Notes: a model not told the origin generated them from the letters alone. Counted from the first letter of the stretch, positions 13,395 to 26,395 are shown. The stretch is 64,000 bases of DNA from Octopus vulgaris (GCA_951406725.2 OX597828.1:50034001-50098000); one strand, 5' to 3'. Translations and numbers: made by a program.

Positions 13395-14370
13395 GACATT
13401 CTTCACAATGGAGAAGTCTCCCAAGTTGTGAAAGGATTTTATGGAGTTGTTGGTGAGTGGATCAGCTGGCAGTGATTCTGAAACTGATAAATGCCAGAAG
13501 CCAGCTTCAAGTATTTGCAGCTTCCATCCCTATTAATAGCTAAGACATTGGAGCAATGTAAACACATCAACACCAGTAGCCAAGCAGTCGTGAGGGACAA
13601 ACACAGACATATATACGACAGTCTTCTTTCAGCTTCTATCAACCAAATCCACTCACAAGGATTTGGTTGGCCTGAGGCTATAGTAGAAGACACCAGCCCA
13701 AGGTACCACGCCGCAGGAGTGAACCTGAAACCATGTGGTTGGGAAGCAAACTTCTTACCACACAGCCATGCTTGCACATAGAACTACAATTTTTGTTTCT
13801 TCATTAGGATTTTGGATGAATTGAAAACGTTCTTAATTTTATCAAAGATGGCAGTTTGGTAGAATTATTCGAAGGTTGAATTCAATGACTAACAATATTT
13901 TTTCCTCTGCCCTGAGTTCGACCCAACAAACCCTAAGTCAACTGTCTTTTGCCCTTTTAAGACTGTAAAGAAAAAAAAAATCCTACCAACCTAGGGTGGT
14001 GAATTGACAGAATTGTAAGAATAGTGGACCATATGCCTTTTGGTATTTTTCAGATCCTTCGCGTCCTGAGTTCAAATATTGCTATGGTCTACTTGGATGG
14101 CAGATTTAAATTCTCACTATTTTTGACATCATCACCCGGCACCCTGGGGTACCTTTAATTAGCAGAGTTCATTCTGTTGTCTACATTCAGGTGAGGAGAA
14201 TAATTTAAGCGTTCCTTCGTCTGTCCTTCTTGCTAAAATGTCTTGGAGGCATTGCAGAAGCTGATTAGCAGTTTTCACTTCTGACAATGTGGAAAAAAAA
14301 AAAAGATAAAGAAAGTCCTCCTCACAGTAGCCTCCCCTCCATAGGAAACTACTGAGCTCGCTCACTAGTT

Positions 14371-14779
14371 GGATCGGATCTTTTCGGTTTGAACGGCAGT
14401 TTTTTAATATAATTTCCACGTAACTAAACACTTTTAAACTTCGTATACTGGTAGAATGTGTTTATAAAACATCTTTTTCTCTTGGCTTTATTGAGAAAAT
14501 TCTATAGTGTGTAAGATTTGTTTTTTTTTTTCTTCAATTTCAACCAATCAGTGACGTCTATTGAGTTAAAAAGCATTCCGTGCCGTATGAATATGTTCCT
14601 CGTTTAAGAAACAGATTGGGTTTATTTACATTTGTGAAGAAAAAAAAAAGATACCCTTCCCCCACCCCTAACCCTAAAAGAGATTGAAATGCAATAGATC
14701 GATTCTAGGGTCATAATTATGGGTGACAATTTCATATGACACCGCTAGAAAAAAACTGCCGTTCAAACCGAAAAGATCC
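14371..14779. mobile_element. Merlin-like MITE with internal telomere-like TAACCC motifs
   Basis: ~29-bp TIR GGATCTTTTCGGTTTGAACGGCAGTTTTT; near-perfect 8-bp flanking repeat CACTAGTT/CACTAGAT. Copies at 54846-55267 and 58250-58662. Confidence 0.75.
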
Positions 14780-15339
14780 CACTAGATTACCTCAGGTACT
14801 TTCAGCAAGAAGAATTTTAAATATAAATTCAGTACAATTCTGTTTTAATATGGAGAAAATAAGCCAAAAAAATCACCTCGCAGCGCCACCTATCCAAACT
14901 GTAAGATTCAAGCATTTCAGAATGACTATCTCCTCTTCAGTCACAGAATATGCCGCGAGTAGATAAGAGATTGAGTGTCTCTCCTATGGTATTCAGTGCT
15001 TTTGCTCAAAGATACCAAACTAATACATGTAATGGAGTATTCATTAAAACAGACTAAGGGAGATAACTCTAGTTATCAGTGAGGAATGTAACAGACGTCG
15101 ATTAATTTTACTTTTACATTTAATATTTTTGGATTTTAACTACAATCTTCTCTCGCCACCAGAAAACGAAATCGAAATCAACCAGTTTAGGGATTATAAA
15201 AATATTCTTATGAAAGTTCGCTGCACGGAAAAAGTGAAAATAGTGATACGGCTAGATTAAATAGGAGAGCATTTAAAATTCAGTAATTTAACAAAGATGC
15301 CATTAAGTTATTGTTTAACACTTGAAATAATCAGTTAAG

Positions 15340-15499
15340 GGCGATCCTTCGGTATAGGTACCGAAGTGGCTTTGTTTACATTTCTGAAGAGAACAGAAAC
15401 CCTTTTCTCCCACCCCTAACCATAACCCTCCACATATATATAAAAAACACTTTCTTGAAATGTATCCTGTACTTCCGGTACCTATACCGAAGTTACGCC
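15340..15499. mobile_element. Short Merlin-like MITE
   Basis: GGCG...CGCC termini, TIR core CTTCGGTATAGGTACCG, exact 8-bp TSD CAGTTAAG, internal CCCCTAACC. Degenerate copy at 16977-17112. Confidence 0.7.
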
Positions 15500-16390
15500 C
15501 AGTTAAGTAGGCAATTTATAGAGAGTTTGAAATAAAGTGTTTTAATGCACAAAAACTACTGCTTTATTAAATCTCTCTTGTAAACTAATTCCAGATCCTC
15601 ACATAAAGATCAGACTTGAAGGGTTTGCCAATGTCCCAAAGTAAAGGTTCTCAACCCATTTTGTCCCTTGGAGTCACAAATGACCCCCCCCCAAATATTT
15701 ATTTTTCAATATACTACTTATTTTGATGTCAGCAGATAATGATTAAAAAATAAAGGACGTCATTTTACATAGGCTCTTGTACGCAATCGGGAGTACAAAC
15801 TGAAAAGGAAAAAAAAAAAAACCCCGAAATAAACGGTCTTATGAATGAAAGTTTGGTAATTGCGTTTATTTACACCATGCGACACTTATGAGATCAACGT
15901 GTTGTCTATCGAAAGAGTGCTCTTTGGTACAAGTAAATGCCGATGAAATCATTTCAAACCTTTCCGATTTCCCTTATCAAAAGGGCTAGAACTTGTGCAA
16001 CAATCTGACAAGTTATTGTCACCCGGGAAGAGGATTTTTTACGCTCAAGAAAGAGAGTGTATTTGATAGAAATTGTTGAAATATATATGTACTTCAGATG
16101 AGTAGCAAATTGTGGAAGACGGTATTCAATGCGCTTGGATCCAGTTAGCTTGAGTCACAAAATCTGCTGCCTTTTAAAATGAAGTAAAAAATCTGAAAAT
16201 TTGTCATATTAAACATTCATTTCTTATTCAGGTAGTCCTTCAGTATGGAAGATTTAAAACAGTAAATAAAAATTAAAGGGAAAATAAATAAGTCTACTTA
16301 CTGTTAAACAGACACTGGATATAGCAACCAAAAAGTGAACAAATGTCTTTATTTTCTCTCTGTGTGTGTATGCATGTATATAATGTGTGC

Positions 16391-16427
<37 letters not shown>

Positions 16428-17925
16428 TGCCGGTGGCATGTAAAATCACCCACTACACTCTCGGAGTGGTTGGCGTTAGGAAGGGCATCCAGCTGTAGAA
16501 ACTCTGCCAGATCAGATTGGTGTCTGGTGCAGCCATCTGGTTCGCCAGACCCCAGTCAAATCGTCCAACCCATGCTAGCATGGAAAGCGGACGTTAAACG
16601 ATGATGATATATATATATTTATGTGTGTGTGTGTGTATATATATATATTTATATATTCAATTAGATTGAGTTATTTGTTGTTAAGGTTTGCCTCTATATG
16701 GCATATAGTTTTATTTTTGAAAATGTCCACTGAAATTCTTTGTATTAATTTTCCTCAAGAACAAGTTTCATGAATTTGATGTGAATTGCAATAAATTGAA
16801 CGTACAAATCATTACCTGATTCACTTTATAAGACAGAGTGGTATGGAGGAATTCTGTACCGAAGAGAAAGACATTTCTTCATTTTTTGGTTGCAACATCC
16901 AGTGTCTGCTCGCATACTGAAGGATTATCCTTATTCATTTGAACCAAAGAATTTATCGAGAAAAAAATATGGCAAAGGCGATCCTTCGGCATTGGTACAG
17001 TAAGTGGCTTTGTTTACATATCTGAAGATAACAGAAACCCTTTTCTCCCACCCCTAACCCCCCATATATAAAAAAAAACCCACTTTCTTAAAATTTATCC
17101 GGTACCTATACACTTTGGCAAAAATGTTACAGACGTTTCAAAATCGAAAAACTGTCTATTTTAATTTCGTTTTTGGATAAACTTTTGTTGTAGCGATCGG
17201 TGTCAACTTTAAGGTTGTACCCTGTGTGATCTGTTCATTGTAGGTTTCTAAATTAAAACAAAAAATTAAATTCATAGAACCAAACTATAAAGTCAGATTT
17301 TAATTTTTTGTTGTTGTTATATTAATATATCTGTCTGTACTTGTTTGGGTAAATTTTTACAAGTGGACCCGCATTAGCAGCTATTTGTGATAACGCCGGG
17401 TACTTTATCGCAAATAGCTGTTACGTGGTAGCAGGGCGTGTTAGAAATAGCAGCCAAATCTTTCCTTTTCTGGGTTCAAGGAAACTTCGCGGTCTCCCAG
17501 ATGCACTGGTTTGGTCATGTAACTTAGATGGATACCGACAGCTCTAAAAAGAAGTACTGTTTACTCTATATCAAAAGCACCCACTGTAAAATGGTTGGCA
17601 TTAGGAAGGGCATCCAGCCATAAAAACCAAACCGTGCCAGCATGGAAAACAGATGCTAAAATATGACGATGATGAAATCTTATAATTTACTCTGCAGAAT
17701 ATTATGAGTATCATGCAATGTGTAGTAGAGCTGGTATAAGTTACATAGTGATAGTTCTTATGAATAAATGCATGGTAAGTAGCTTGTTTACCAACCACAT
17801 GGTTCTGGGTTCAGTCCCACTGCGTGGCACCTTGGGCAAGTGTCTTCTACTATAGCCTCGGGCCGACCAAAGCCTTGTGAGTGGATTTGGTAGACGGAAA
17901 CTGAAAGAAGCCTGTCGTATGTATG

Positions 17926-17958
<33 letters not shown>

Positions 17959-18955
17959 TTGTGTGTCTGTGTTTGTCCCCCTAGCATTGCTTGACAACCG
18001 ATGCTGGTGTGTTTACGTCCCTGTCACTTAGCAGTTCGGCAAAAAAGAGACCGATAGAATAAGTACTGGGCTTACAAAGAATAAGTCCCGGGGTCGAGTT
18101 GCTCGATTAAAGGCGGTGCTCCAGCATGGCCGCAGTCAAATGACTGAAACAAGTAAAAGAAAAAGAATATAAGAAAACCTCTATGTGGTCGTCAACCTGC
18201 TAGAAATAGCAGCCATCTCATCTACTGCTTTAGAAAATGAATGATGTATTGGTTATGCATGTTTTCACGCAAGACGCAGTAATTCCCTATTTTAACGTAA
18301 ATTTTGAAAACTTAATTGTATGTGTTAAGGAACAATATCCTATGTAAATATTTTTGATAACATTTTTTTAATATAATCTTTGAAATATATCATATAATCG
18401 TGGGATAATTAAAATATTTTTAATTTGTTTAAATTTGCCTTTTTTAAAAACTTGTGAACCATTCTCTACATAAAAATTTAAGTTAAAACGATGATGATGA
18501 TGATGATGGAAGAACTGTGGTTATAGGTCAGTTGGATAAATGTTTACTTAGGGTTAAACAACATCAATAATAATAATATGGCAGTCTTGTACTAAAACTG
18601 GTGTTTACTAATTTTAGTAAAAGATTAACTGTATTTGTGATTCTAAATTTCCCATCCACACAGACTGAAAAGGGAGAAAGCAATTTCAAAATATTTTTCA
18701 TTTAATAAAATATAAATTAATTAGTACATTTGAGTAATCTTGAAATAAGTACTTAGCAATCAAAGATAGTGTAAATAAAAATTAATTGTTAGTTTTTCTC
18801 ATCACACGCCACTAATACAAACACTACCATATCGTTAAGACACCACCTATTGATTTTGTCCTCTCATTTGATTCCAATTGTTCAATGACCCAAGTGTCTT
18901 AATTTTGGCACACGGGAATGTAAATGCATTACTGGTCACTCAGTGCATGTGGTCA

Positions 18956-19393
18956 TCTCTCTCTATATAAACGGCAGTTTGTCTGTCTGTCAGGTTGTAC
19001 CCTCACCCGGACCACGGCTTTCAACCGATTCTGATGAAACTTTACACACACATAGCCCAATGTCATAATTCAAAACTAACGCAGCGAAAATTTTGAAAAG
19101 TTCCCCCAGTTCTGAACAAATCGATAAATTCGACATGGGGTCGAGAATCTAAGCTTTTTATATGCAACACATTTTCTGGGCTGTTCACGCGTTGGGAGGC
19201 GCAATGATGTTTTCATGTTTTCGCCCAAAGGGACAGTTAGGGACATCGTATACACAGAAGTATTCGAGTGAAGAGAAGACATTGCAACCTACACATGCGC
19301 TTTCGTTCCCTAGAGGGAAAGGACCAGATTGGGATTAGTCGTTGCCTACTAGGGGCTCTTGCATACCCGGGCAACGCCGGGCTATGCTGCTAG
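18956..19393 (+). mobile_element. Non-autonomous Helitron
   Basis: 5' TC, 3' hairpin CCCGGGCAACGCCGGG followed by CTAG, inserted between A and T with no TSD. Confidence 0.8.
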
Positions 19394-19869
19394 TATCGGT
19401 TTAAGTGTGTGTATTACTGGTCATCTCGCGTGTACACGACTCAGTGTTGATCAGGTGTCTTAGTGATTCTATGTGCTTGTGTGAGTTGCTGGTCATTTCG
19501 GACATGTATACATGAATATCCCCGAATCGACCGCGGTCGAGCAGGCCAATAATGAAAAGCACCCAAGGATTCAATCCTGAGTCCTTTCCTTACTTAAGAC
19601 GGGAAGATGTGATTTGAGAAAAAATTCGACAATTATTTCAAATACAATCAAAGGGGATGGTCACTTGGAAGAGTCCTGTAGGAGAGGGAAAACATATATT
19701 GGATTATCACTCAACGGCACTGCTGTGATAGAAACCTTAAAACCATAAGGAAGGGGTGTCTATACAGCCACTCAGCCTTCCGAAAATAGCAGCCTAATCC
19801 CTCTAAAAACACATTCTACCAATTTAAAAAGGGAAGAGGACGTGTGTATGTGTTTCCGATATATTATAC

Positions 19870-20102
19870 GGTACTACTAGCGAACAGTGGTCCCGGTGCG
19901 CGCACACGCGTTAGCTAGTCGTGACTAGTCGATCCTACAACGACTACTTAGCAAAGTAAATAAAACACAAAACAAATAATTTTTTTACACAAAGTAACTA
20001 AATTTGTTAAACAAAGTAAATAACACACAAAAACACAAAGGATCGACTAGTCATGACTAGCTAGCGCGGATGCGCGAGTAGGCGTGTTCGCTAGTAGTTA
20101 CC
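19870..20102. mobile_element. Foldback MITE (GGTA(A)CT termini, Merlin-like)
   Basis: Outer IR GGTACTACTAGCGAACA / TGTTCGCTAGTAGTTACC; inner IR TAGCTAGTCGTGACTAGTCGATCCT / AGGATCGACTAGTCATGACTAGCTA. Confidence 0.6.
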
Positions 20103-20507
20103 ATATACCTTAAACAAAATTTGGATGGTCACGGATGGAATGAATAACATAGATAAGCCCAATCAAAACTGCTTCGGGCTTAAACAATTTTTTCCAACTA
20201 TTCTGACGTATAATTTAGTTTTATCATGAGCAACATATTGGAACCAAATGGCTCGAAACCGAAACACCCACCACCAAAGAAAATAAAAGACCCCCCCCTG
20301 AATGTCGGAGTGGAATCATAAAAAGAAAACACGTTACATTGTAAATAACCAAGTGCTCCAACATGGCCAGAGATTAGTTGGTAGAACAGATTAAAGAATG
20401 AACAATAAAAAGCTAAACAATAACAATTTTAAGAAGCGAAAGAATGCCATAAAATCACATAAACTCAAATATATTTAGCATTTTGTGTATAAAATATTCC
20501 AAGAAAT

Positions 20508-21581
20508 TCAGTTTTTCCGGGAAAGTCTTACTTCGTCTTTTACACAAACAAATCGAGGATTTTTGGTAACTTTTTTAGTAAAAGTTGCGCGGAGTTTATC
20601 ATTTGACTTAGCATGTCCTCCTTGAGCAAGATACTCGGCCATCACTTTTTTACCAACCTTTTTCATACTCATTTTCTGATCTTCTTTAGTTTTAAGAACC
20701 GATACAATAGTTTCTTCCCAATCGAACTTGATTTTCTTCGATTTCCTTTCTGGTTCTTCCACCTCCTCCTCCTCTTCTTCATCGTCGTTCACATTTATTC
20801 CTTCTTCGTTTTCTTTTTCGTCATTCTCTTTCCTTTTCTTGGAATACTCAACCGTTTCCATTTCCTCGTGTTTCCGTTTCTTCGATTTCTTCTTCTTTTT
20901 CTCCTCCGTTTCATCACATTCCATTGCCTCACCATTATTATTATTATTACTCTCATCTTCCACATTTACATCAATCATTTTCCGACGATCTTTTTTCTCT
21001 TTCTTGTTTTGCTTTTCAGAACGTTTCGCCTTCTTTTCTCGTTTACTTTCCTTTTTCCTTTTATCTTCATCGATTTCATCATCAACGGACTTTTCCTCAA
21101 CATTTGTCACGCTGGTTTCATCCTCTTTTCCATCAACTTCCTTACTTTCCGATGCATTTTCACTCATCAATATATCCCAGATTTCTTTTACCAACCATTG
21201 ATCACGAACCCGTAAACTGTTCTGTAGAAAGTTCTCAAACTTGGCCTGTTTCCTGGGAATGTTTGGATAATCTTTGAGTCTCTCCAGTAAGTTGCGAATG
21301 CTCGGCTTCGAGTTGCTTTTGTCGATGGCCGTTTGTACTTTCTGAAGCCAGGCATCTTGCTTGACTTCTCCCTTGTTTTGAGCCGGACGAGCTTTATAAT
21401 CTTTACCAGAATATTTCTCTTCTTCGCTGATACATTTGATGTGACTATTGAAGTCGTCGCCCCAAAATTCTTTGTTGCAGTCCAGACAAGACACCATACT
21501 CATCCGGCATCGGCTGTAATGTTTATTTACTTGGTTTTTCTTCAGTGATTCACCACAGTTAGAACAACTAAAGAATACCAT
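20508..21581 (-). CDS. LYAR: Cell growth-regulating nucleolar protein LYAR (357 aa, single-exon CDS)
   Basis: N-terminus MVFFSCSNCGESLKKNQVNKHYSRC...SCLDCNKEFWGDDFNSHIKCISEEEKYSG has two C2HC LYAR zinc fingers. Also NIPRKQAKFENF, a Lys/Glu-rich middle, and a C-terminal KFDWEETI...NPRF domain. Start placed at the ATG at 21581 (context GTCAAAATGG), not the ORF-track GTG. Confidence 0.93.
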   Translation of the reverse strand: MVFFSCSNCGESLKKNQVNKHYSRCRMSMVSCLDCNKEFWGDDFNSHIKCISEEEKYSGKDYKARPAQNKGEVKQDAWLQKVQTAIDKSNSKPSIRNLLERLKDYPNIPRKQAKFENFLQNSLRVRDQWLVKEIWDILMSENASESKEVDGKEDETSVTNVEEKSVDDEIDEDKRKKESKREKKAKRSEKQNKKEKKDRRKMIDVNVEDESNNNNNGEAMECDETEEKKKKKSKKRKHEEMETVEYSKKRKENDEKENEEGINVNDDEEEEEEVEEPERKSKKIKFDWEETIVSVLKTKEDQKMSMKKVGKKVMAEYLAQGGHAKSNDKLRATFTKKVTKNPRFVCVKDEVRLSRKN

Positions 21582-22733
21582 TTTGACCGTTAAATTTTCT
21601 TGTAAAAGTGAAATCAGTTCCAGGCGCCAACTTTCAAACACGTTGGATGACCGGTGCCACACCAAACTACTTCCTCATTCAATAATATCCAGGAAACAAA
21701 ATACAAAATAAAAAATTACAACTAAATTGGTGGGTGGATCCCGTAATAATAATAAAAACAATAACAACAAAATAATAAAATCGCGAAGAGTATGAATATA
21801 TTTTAATTCTGCAATTATACGAGTTAACCTGGTAATTAAATGAAATTGATTATCAATTAGATTGGCGCCATGTGACCCCCAACCGGTGTTAAACAGAAGC
21901 ACATGTCCTCCTCAGTATGAATAGATGTCCAACGTTTTAAATATTTTTGTTAAAGTATTTAAGTAAGTATTTATGTTTATATTTAGAATAATATAGCTGG
22001 TAATATCTGGCTATATAATATACAATATATCTGGCTATAGCTGTTAATATCTTTGGAATAATTACTGTGTATTGCTGGTCCCATTATTCATTTTAATTTC
22101 ATTATTATATACTTTTAATGATAAATTGAAACAATATTTAACACTAAATATTAAATTAAAAATAATTTATGTTTATATTTTGAAGGAGAATAATTCTAAA
22201 AGGTCACGAAGTTTTCTTTTTAATTATTTGTATTTTGTGTTAATCAGGGGTGGGTAAAGTTTTTAGTGTGGCGGGCAAAAATTTCCAATGTAAAAGGTCC
22301 GCAAGCAGACTCCAAGTTCTAACTCTTATATCTGTGAAAATCTTGTATATATCTATGTATAATTCGATATACATTAATAAAGATAACTTTGACACATTAA
22401 ATTAACGCGTAACACCTTCCTTAACGCCACCACTGACTTTGGGACGTTTATATTACTTATGTGGTATTATATATATTTTAGCTACTGTAGTAGGGTCTCA
22501 AGGGGATGGTATTTTGCCTTTCATAAAGGCGGCAAGCTGGCAGAGTGGTTAGCACGTCGGGCGAAATGCTTAGCGGTATTTCGTCTGCCGTTACGTTGTG
22601 AGTTCAAATTCCGCCGAGGTCGACTTTGTAATTCATCTCTTCGGGGTAGATAAATTAAGTAGCAGTTGCGTACTGGGATGGATCTAATTGACTGGCTCCC
22701 TTTCCCAAAATTTCGGGCCTTGTGCCTGTGGGA

Positions 22734-22781
22734 TGACGTCAGCAGCTGGGTGCGTTGACCGGAAGCTGGGGCAACCGGAAG
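22734..22781 (+). promoter_or_regulatory. Putative METTL6 / bidirectional promoter module
   Basis: Perfect CRE TGACGTCA (22734-22741) and two ETS cores CCGGAAG (22759, 22775) in a GC-rich non-repeat patch. Confidence 0.5.
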
Positions 22782-22946
22782 GGGCAGTGGTAAATTGGGC
22801 CTTTCCAACGTGGGTCGTCCAGTTGACAAGACGTGTGAGGACGTCGCTAAGTGTTTGGGTGAGCAGCTGCTATCTTTAGTGTTCGGGTCGGGGCTGTGTC
22901 GAAGGACTAGTTACCACTGGAGGGTCTCCATCACGAGGAAGAGAAG
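22780..22946 (+). other. METTL6: Probable METTL6 non-coding exon 1 (start approximate)
   Basis: Strong donor AAG|GTAGGT at 22946/7. The ATG exon is preceded by a polypyrimidine tract and AG ending at 25191, so an upstream exon is expected. Confidence 0.5.
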
Positions 22947-25193
22947 GTAGGTGTCTTTATATTCAAATCGCGCACTCACCACAGTGCCTAGAGCAGAAAA
23001 GATTATTTTATCATAGTTATTTTTTCGCCCAACAAATTCCTGTGAGATTTGGCTGTTTACCTCCCACTCGTATCGTTTCTAGCCTGTGGATAGCCTGCTT
23101 GAAGACCAAGGCCGTAGAATCGGGAGAGGATTTTTTTGAAATATTACAAACAATTTTTTTTTTCAGAATCATAGTCTCCGTATTTTTCAGGGCCAATACA
23201 ATTTCGCATCTCTCCTTGAAAAATGCATTTTTTAAAAATATATTTTTTCAGATTCCTACAATTTAGATGTCGGAGATTCCGATTCTGAAATAAAAGTGGC
23301 AAAAATCGCAACTTCAAAATTTCAATTACGGCACATTAGGCGTCCGTAATGCATGTTCTTCGAAAGGTATTTTGCGTAATGCCATTTTCGCATAATTACA
23401 CCTATTACACTCTCTCTTTTACTGGTTTCAGTCATTTGACTGCGGCCATGCTGGAGCACCGCCTTTAATCGAGCAACTCGACACCGGAACTTATTCTTTT
23501 GTAAGCCCAGTACTTATTCTATCGGTCTCTTTTTGCCGAACCGCTAGGTAACGGGGACATAAACACACCAGCATCGGTTGTCAAGCAATGCTAGGGGGAC
23601 AAACACACACACGCATATATATATATATATATACATATATACGACGGGCTTCTTTCAGTCTCCGTCTACCAAATCCACTCACAAAGCTTTGGTTGGCCAG
23701 AGGCTATAGTAGAAGACACTTGCCCAAGGTGCCACGCAGTGGGATTGAACCCGGAACCGTGTGGTTGGTAAACAAGCTACTTACCACACAGCCACTCCTG
23801 CGCCTATTTTTCCTCCATTTTTTTTTACCCAGGTCAGAAACTGGAATTTTACCGATATCTTCCCCCACCCCTGACTTTGGATGATCATGCCAAATCAGAC
23901 TGGACTCTGGTGCAGCCCTCAGCTTACCTGCCCTGGTCAAATTGTCCAGTCCATTCCAGCATGGACAATGGACGTTAAATGATGATGACGACGACGAAGT
24001 TTGTGTGAATAACAAAATAGGAATTTTGAAAAAAAAAAATCTATAAAACACGTTTATAAACATTAAATGGATATGAGGGTCCACCAGAATGAAATAATAA
24101 TCAAGGGGGTCCATAGATAAAAGATGGTTGAGAACCACTGGTCTATCATCATCATCGTTTAACGTCCGCTTTCCATGCTAGCATGGGTTGGACGAATGAC
24201 TGAGGGCTGGCGAACCAGATGGCTGCACCAGGCTTCAGTCTTGATCTGGCAGAGTTTCTACAGCTGGATGCCCTTCCTAACGCCAACCACTCCAAAAGTA
24301 TAGTGGGTGCTTTTACATACCACCGGCACGGGACCAGTCAGGCGGTATGGCAACGACCTCGCCTAAATCTTTTACACATGCCACCGGCACAGGTGCCAGT
24401 AAGGCAATGCTGGTAACGATCACACTCGAATGGTATCTTTTACGTGCCACTGGCACGGAGGCCAGATAGCCGCTCTGGCAACGATCACGCTCGGATGGTG
24501 CTCTTGAAGGCGACGCTGGTAACAATCACGTTTGAATGGTGCCTAGTTGGAAAGCTTTGCTGCATGCTGTCACCAGTTTTCTTGCCAGGGGAGGTTTATT
24601 TTTCATTCACTCAACACCATAAAAATCACAACTAAGCATTCTCAGACTCTCAAAATCATCGTTTAACGTCCGTTCTCCATGCTAGCATGGGTTGGGCGGT
24701 TCGACCGGGGATCTGGGAAGCCAGAAGGCTGCACCAGGCTCCGGTCTTATCTGGCAATGTTTCTACAGCTGGATGCCCTTCCTAACGCCAACCACTCCGT
24801 GAGTGTAGTGGGTGCTTTTTATGTGCCACCTGCACTGGTGCCAGGCGAGGCTGGCAACGGCCACGGTCGGATTGGTGCATTTTACGTGCCACCGGCACGG
24901 AAGCCAGTCTAGGCGCCACTGGCTTCGGCCACGATTCGGATGGTGCTTTTTACGTGCCACCAAATTTATTTTGTTTCATATGAAACCTTCCCTGCAGCAA
25001 ATAATAGTGTACATATGGTAATGGCAATGGTGGTGTCATCTTCACTGGTGTTGTTGAAGGTGTGTTTGTCTGGATTATGGAAGAAGCAGCAGAATTAAAT
25101 AGAGTCGAAAAAATTTGCATCCACAGTTCCCACTCTAATTTACATTTGTTCTTCAGTTTTTAAGTTAACATTTTCTTTTTTTTCTTTCAAGGT

Positions 25194-25439
25194 ATGCTTG
25201 AAACTAATTCAGTTTCGAGTGAAGACACTGAAATATCTTCCTATACTTTGTCACCAGAAGACATTGCTAAATTAGAAAAAGATCAGAAACTGGTGTCTGA
25301 ATTCAAACAAAATAAATTTGAAAGAGATGCTTGCAAAAATTGGGATTTGTTTTATAAACGGAACACAACAAAATTTTTTAAAGACCGACATTGGACAACT
25401 CGAGAATTCAAAGACTTGTTAAATGAATCAGATTCTCAT
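25194..25439 (+). CDS. METTL6: tRNA N3-methylcytidine methyltransferase METTL6, coding exon 1
   Basis: KNWDLFYKRNTTKFFKDRHWTTREF motif; donor CAT|GTAAGA; phase 0. Confidence 0.92.
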
Positions 25440-25499
25440 GTAAGACAGGTTTTTTTTCTTTTTTAAATTCTTATTTCTGATTCCTGTTTTGTTATACAA

Positions 25500-25692
25500 A
25501 AGATACCTTGATGAATTGCCATGAAACCACCTCAATTCTGGGAAGAGGGTATTTTCAAGTTAAAGGAAAAATGGAGACTCATTGTGCAACAAAATGTTTC
25601 ATATTTGGTTTATTAAAAATGTAATGGCAAGTATTTATTGACCTTTTTCCTTCCTTTAAAAATCGGCACAGACTTTCCGGACAACCCAATAT
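25500..25692 (+). mobile_element. Mariner 3' end fragment (intronic)
   Basis: KPPQFWEEGIFKLKEKWRLIVQQN followed by a TIR-like end CTTTCCGGACAACCCAATA. Confidence 0.6.
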
Positions 25693-26119
25693 TTTCATAA
25701 TGCAGTCAGTTTATTGACATGTGGGAGACTTTGAGGCACTATAATGTTTTGGTCTGATTGTGTCTCTTCTGTCAAAGCTTTCTCTGGATCAATGAAGTAA
25801 ACAACTGAAGGCTGAGTGTGTTATGAATATACAGTATCCGAAGGGTGGAGGTGTTCCCTGAAAAGGAAATACAACAGTGATTAACACATTCACATTGGAA
25901 TCTATTGCAACATAAGTACGAATCTGCATCATTTCTTTGATTCTTACTCTTCTGCATGTCCATGGTAATTTCTTATTGGTTTGGCAGCCATCAACATACA
26001 TCAGCAAACGGCTTTGCTGATTTCTATAAACAAGAGCATTTCATCTCTGGATTCTCCAAAGGCAGAATACAACAGCAATTTTTACGTTTGAAAGTGCCAG
26101 AATGTATTAAAAATGGATG

Positions 26120-26330
26120 TACGAGGTGGGTGCTGAAAAGTTTGTGTTGTGAAAGGCCTGGTTGGAGGCTCAACCTTCCGAGTTCTTTTATAGAGTTTAG
26201 AAAAACTGAAGGACTGCCGCAGTTAGTCTGTGAATGTGAGAGAGGAATACGTTGGATAATATTATAATTAACTGATTCTCCTGTATTTTCTTTCACCCCA
26301 AACCAGGAACTTTCCATCACCCCCCCCACA
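26120..26330. mobile_element. Mariner-type MITE
   Basis: TACGAGG...GCTGAAAAGTT / AACTTTCCATCACCCC ends; second copy at 56396-56628. Confidence 0.6.
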
Positions 26331-26395
26331 TATGTCATTGAAGAAATTAAAACTTATCTTATTTTATTTGAATTTCCTCAATTTCTTTCCAACAG

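Noticed and set aside
20613-21277. Long plus-strand ORFs (200, 157, 117 aa)
   Set aside because: Antisense shadows of the Lys/Glu-rich LYAR CDS; F/S/L-rich low complexity.
21582-21665. 28-aa N-terminal extension of LYAR in the ORF track
   Set aside because: Starts at GTG; LYAR proteins begin at MVFF, which here has a good ATG context.
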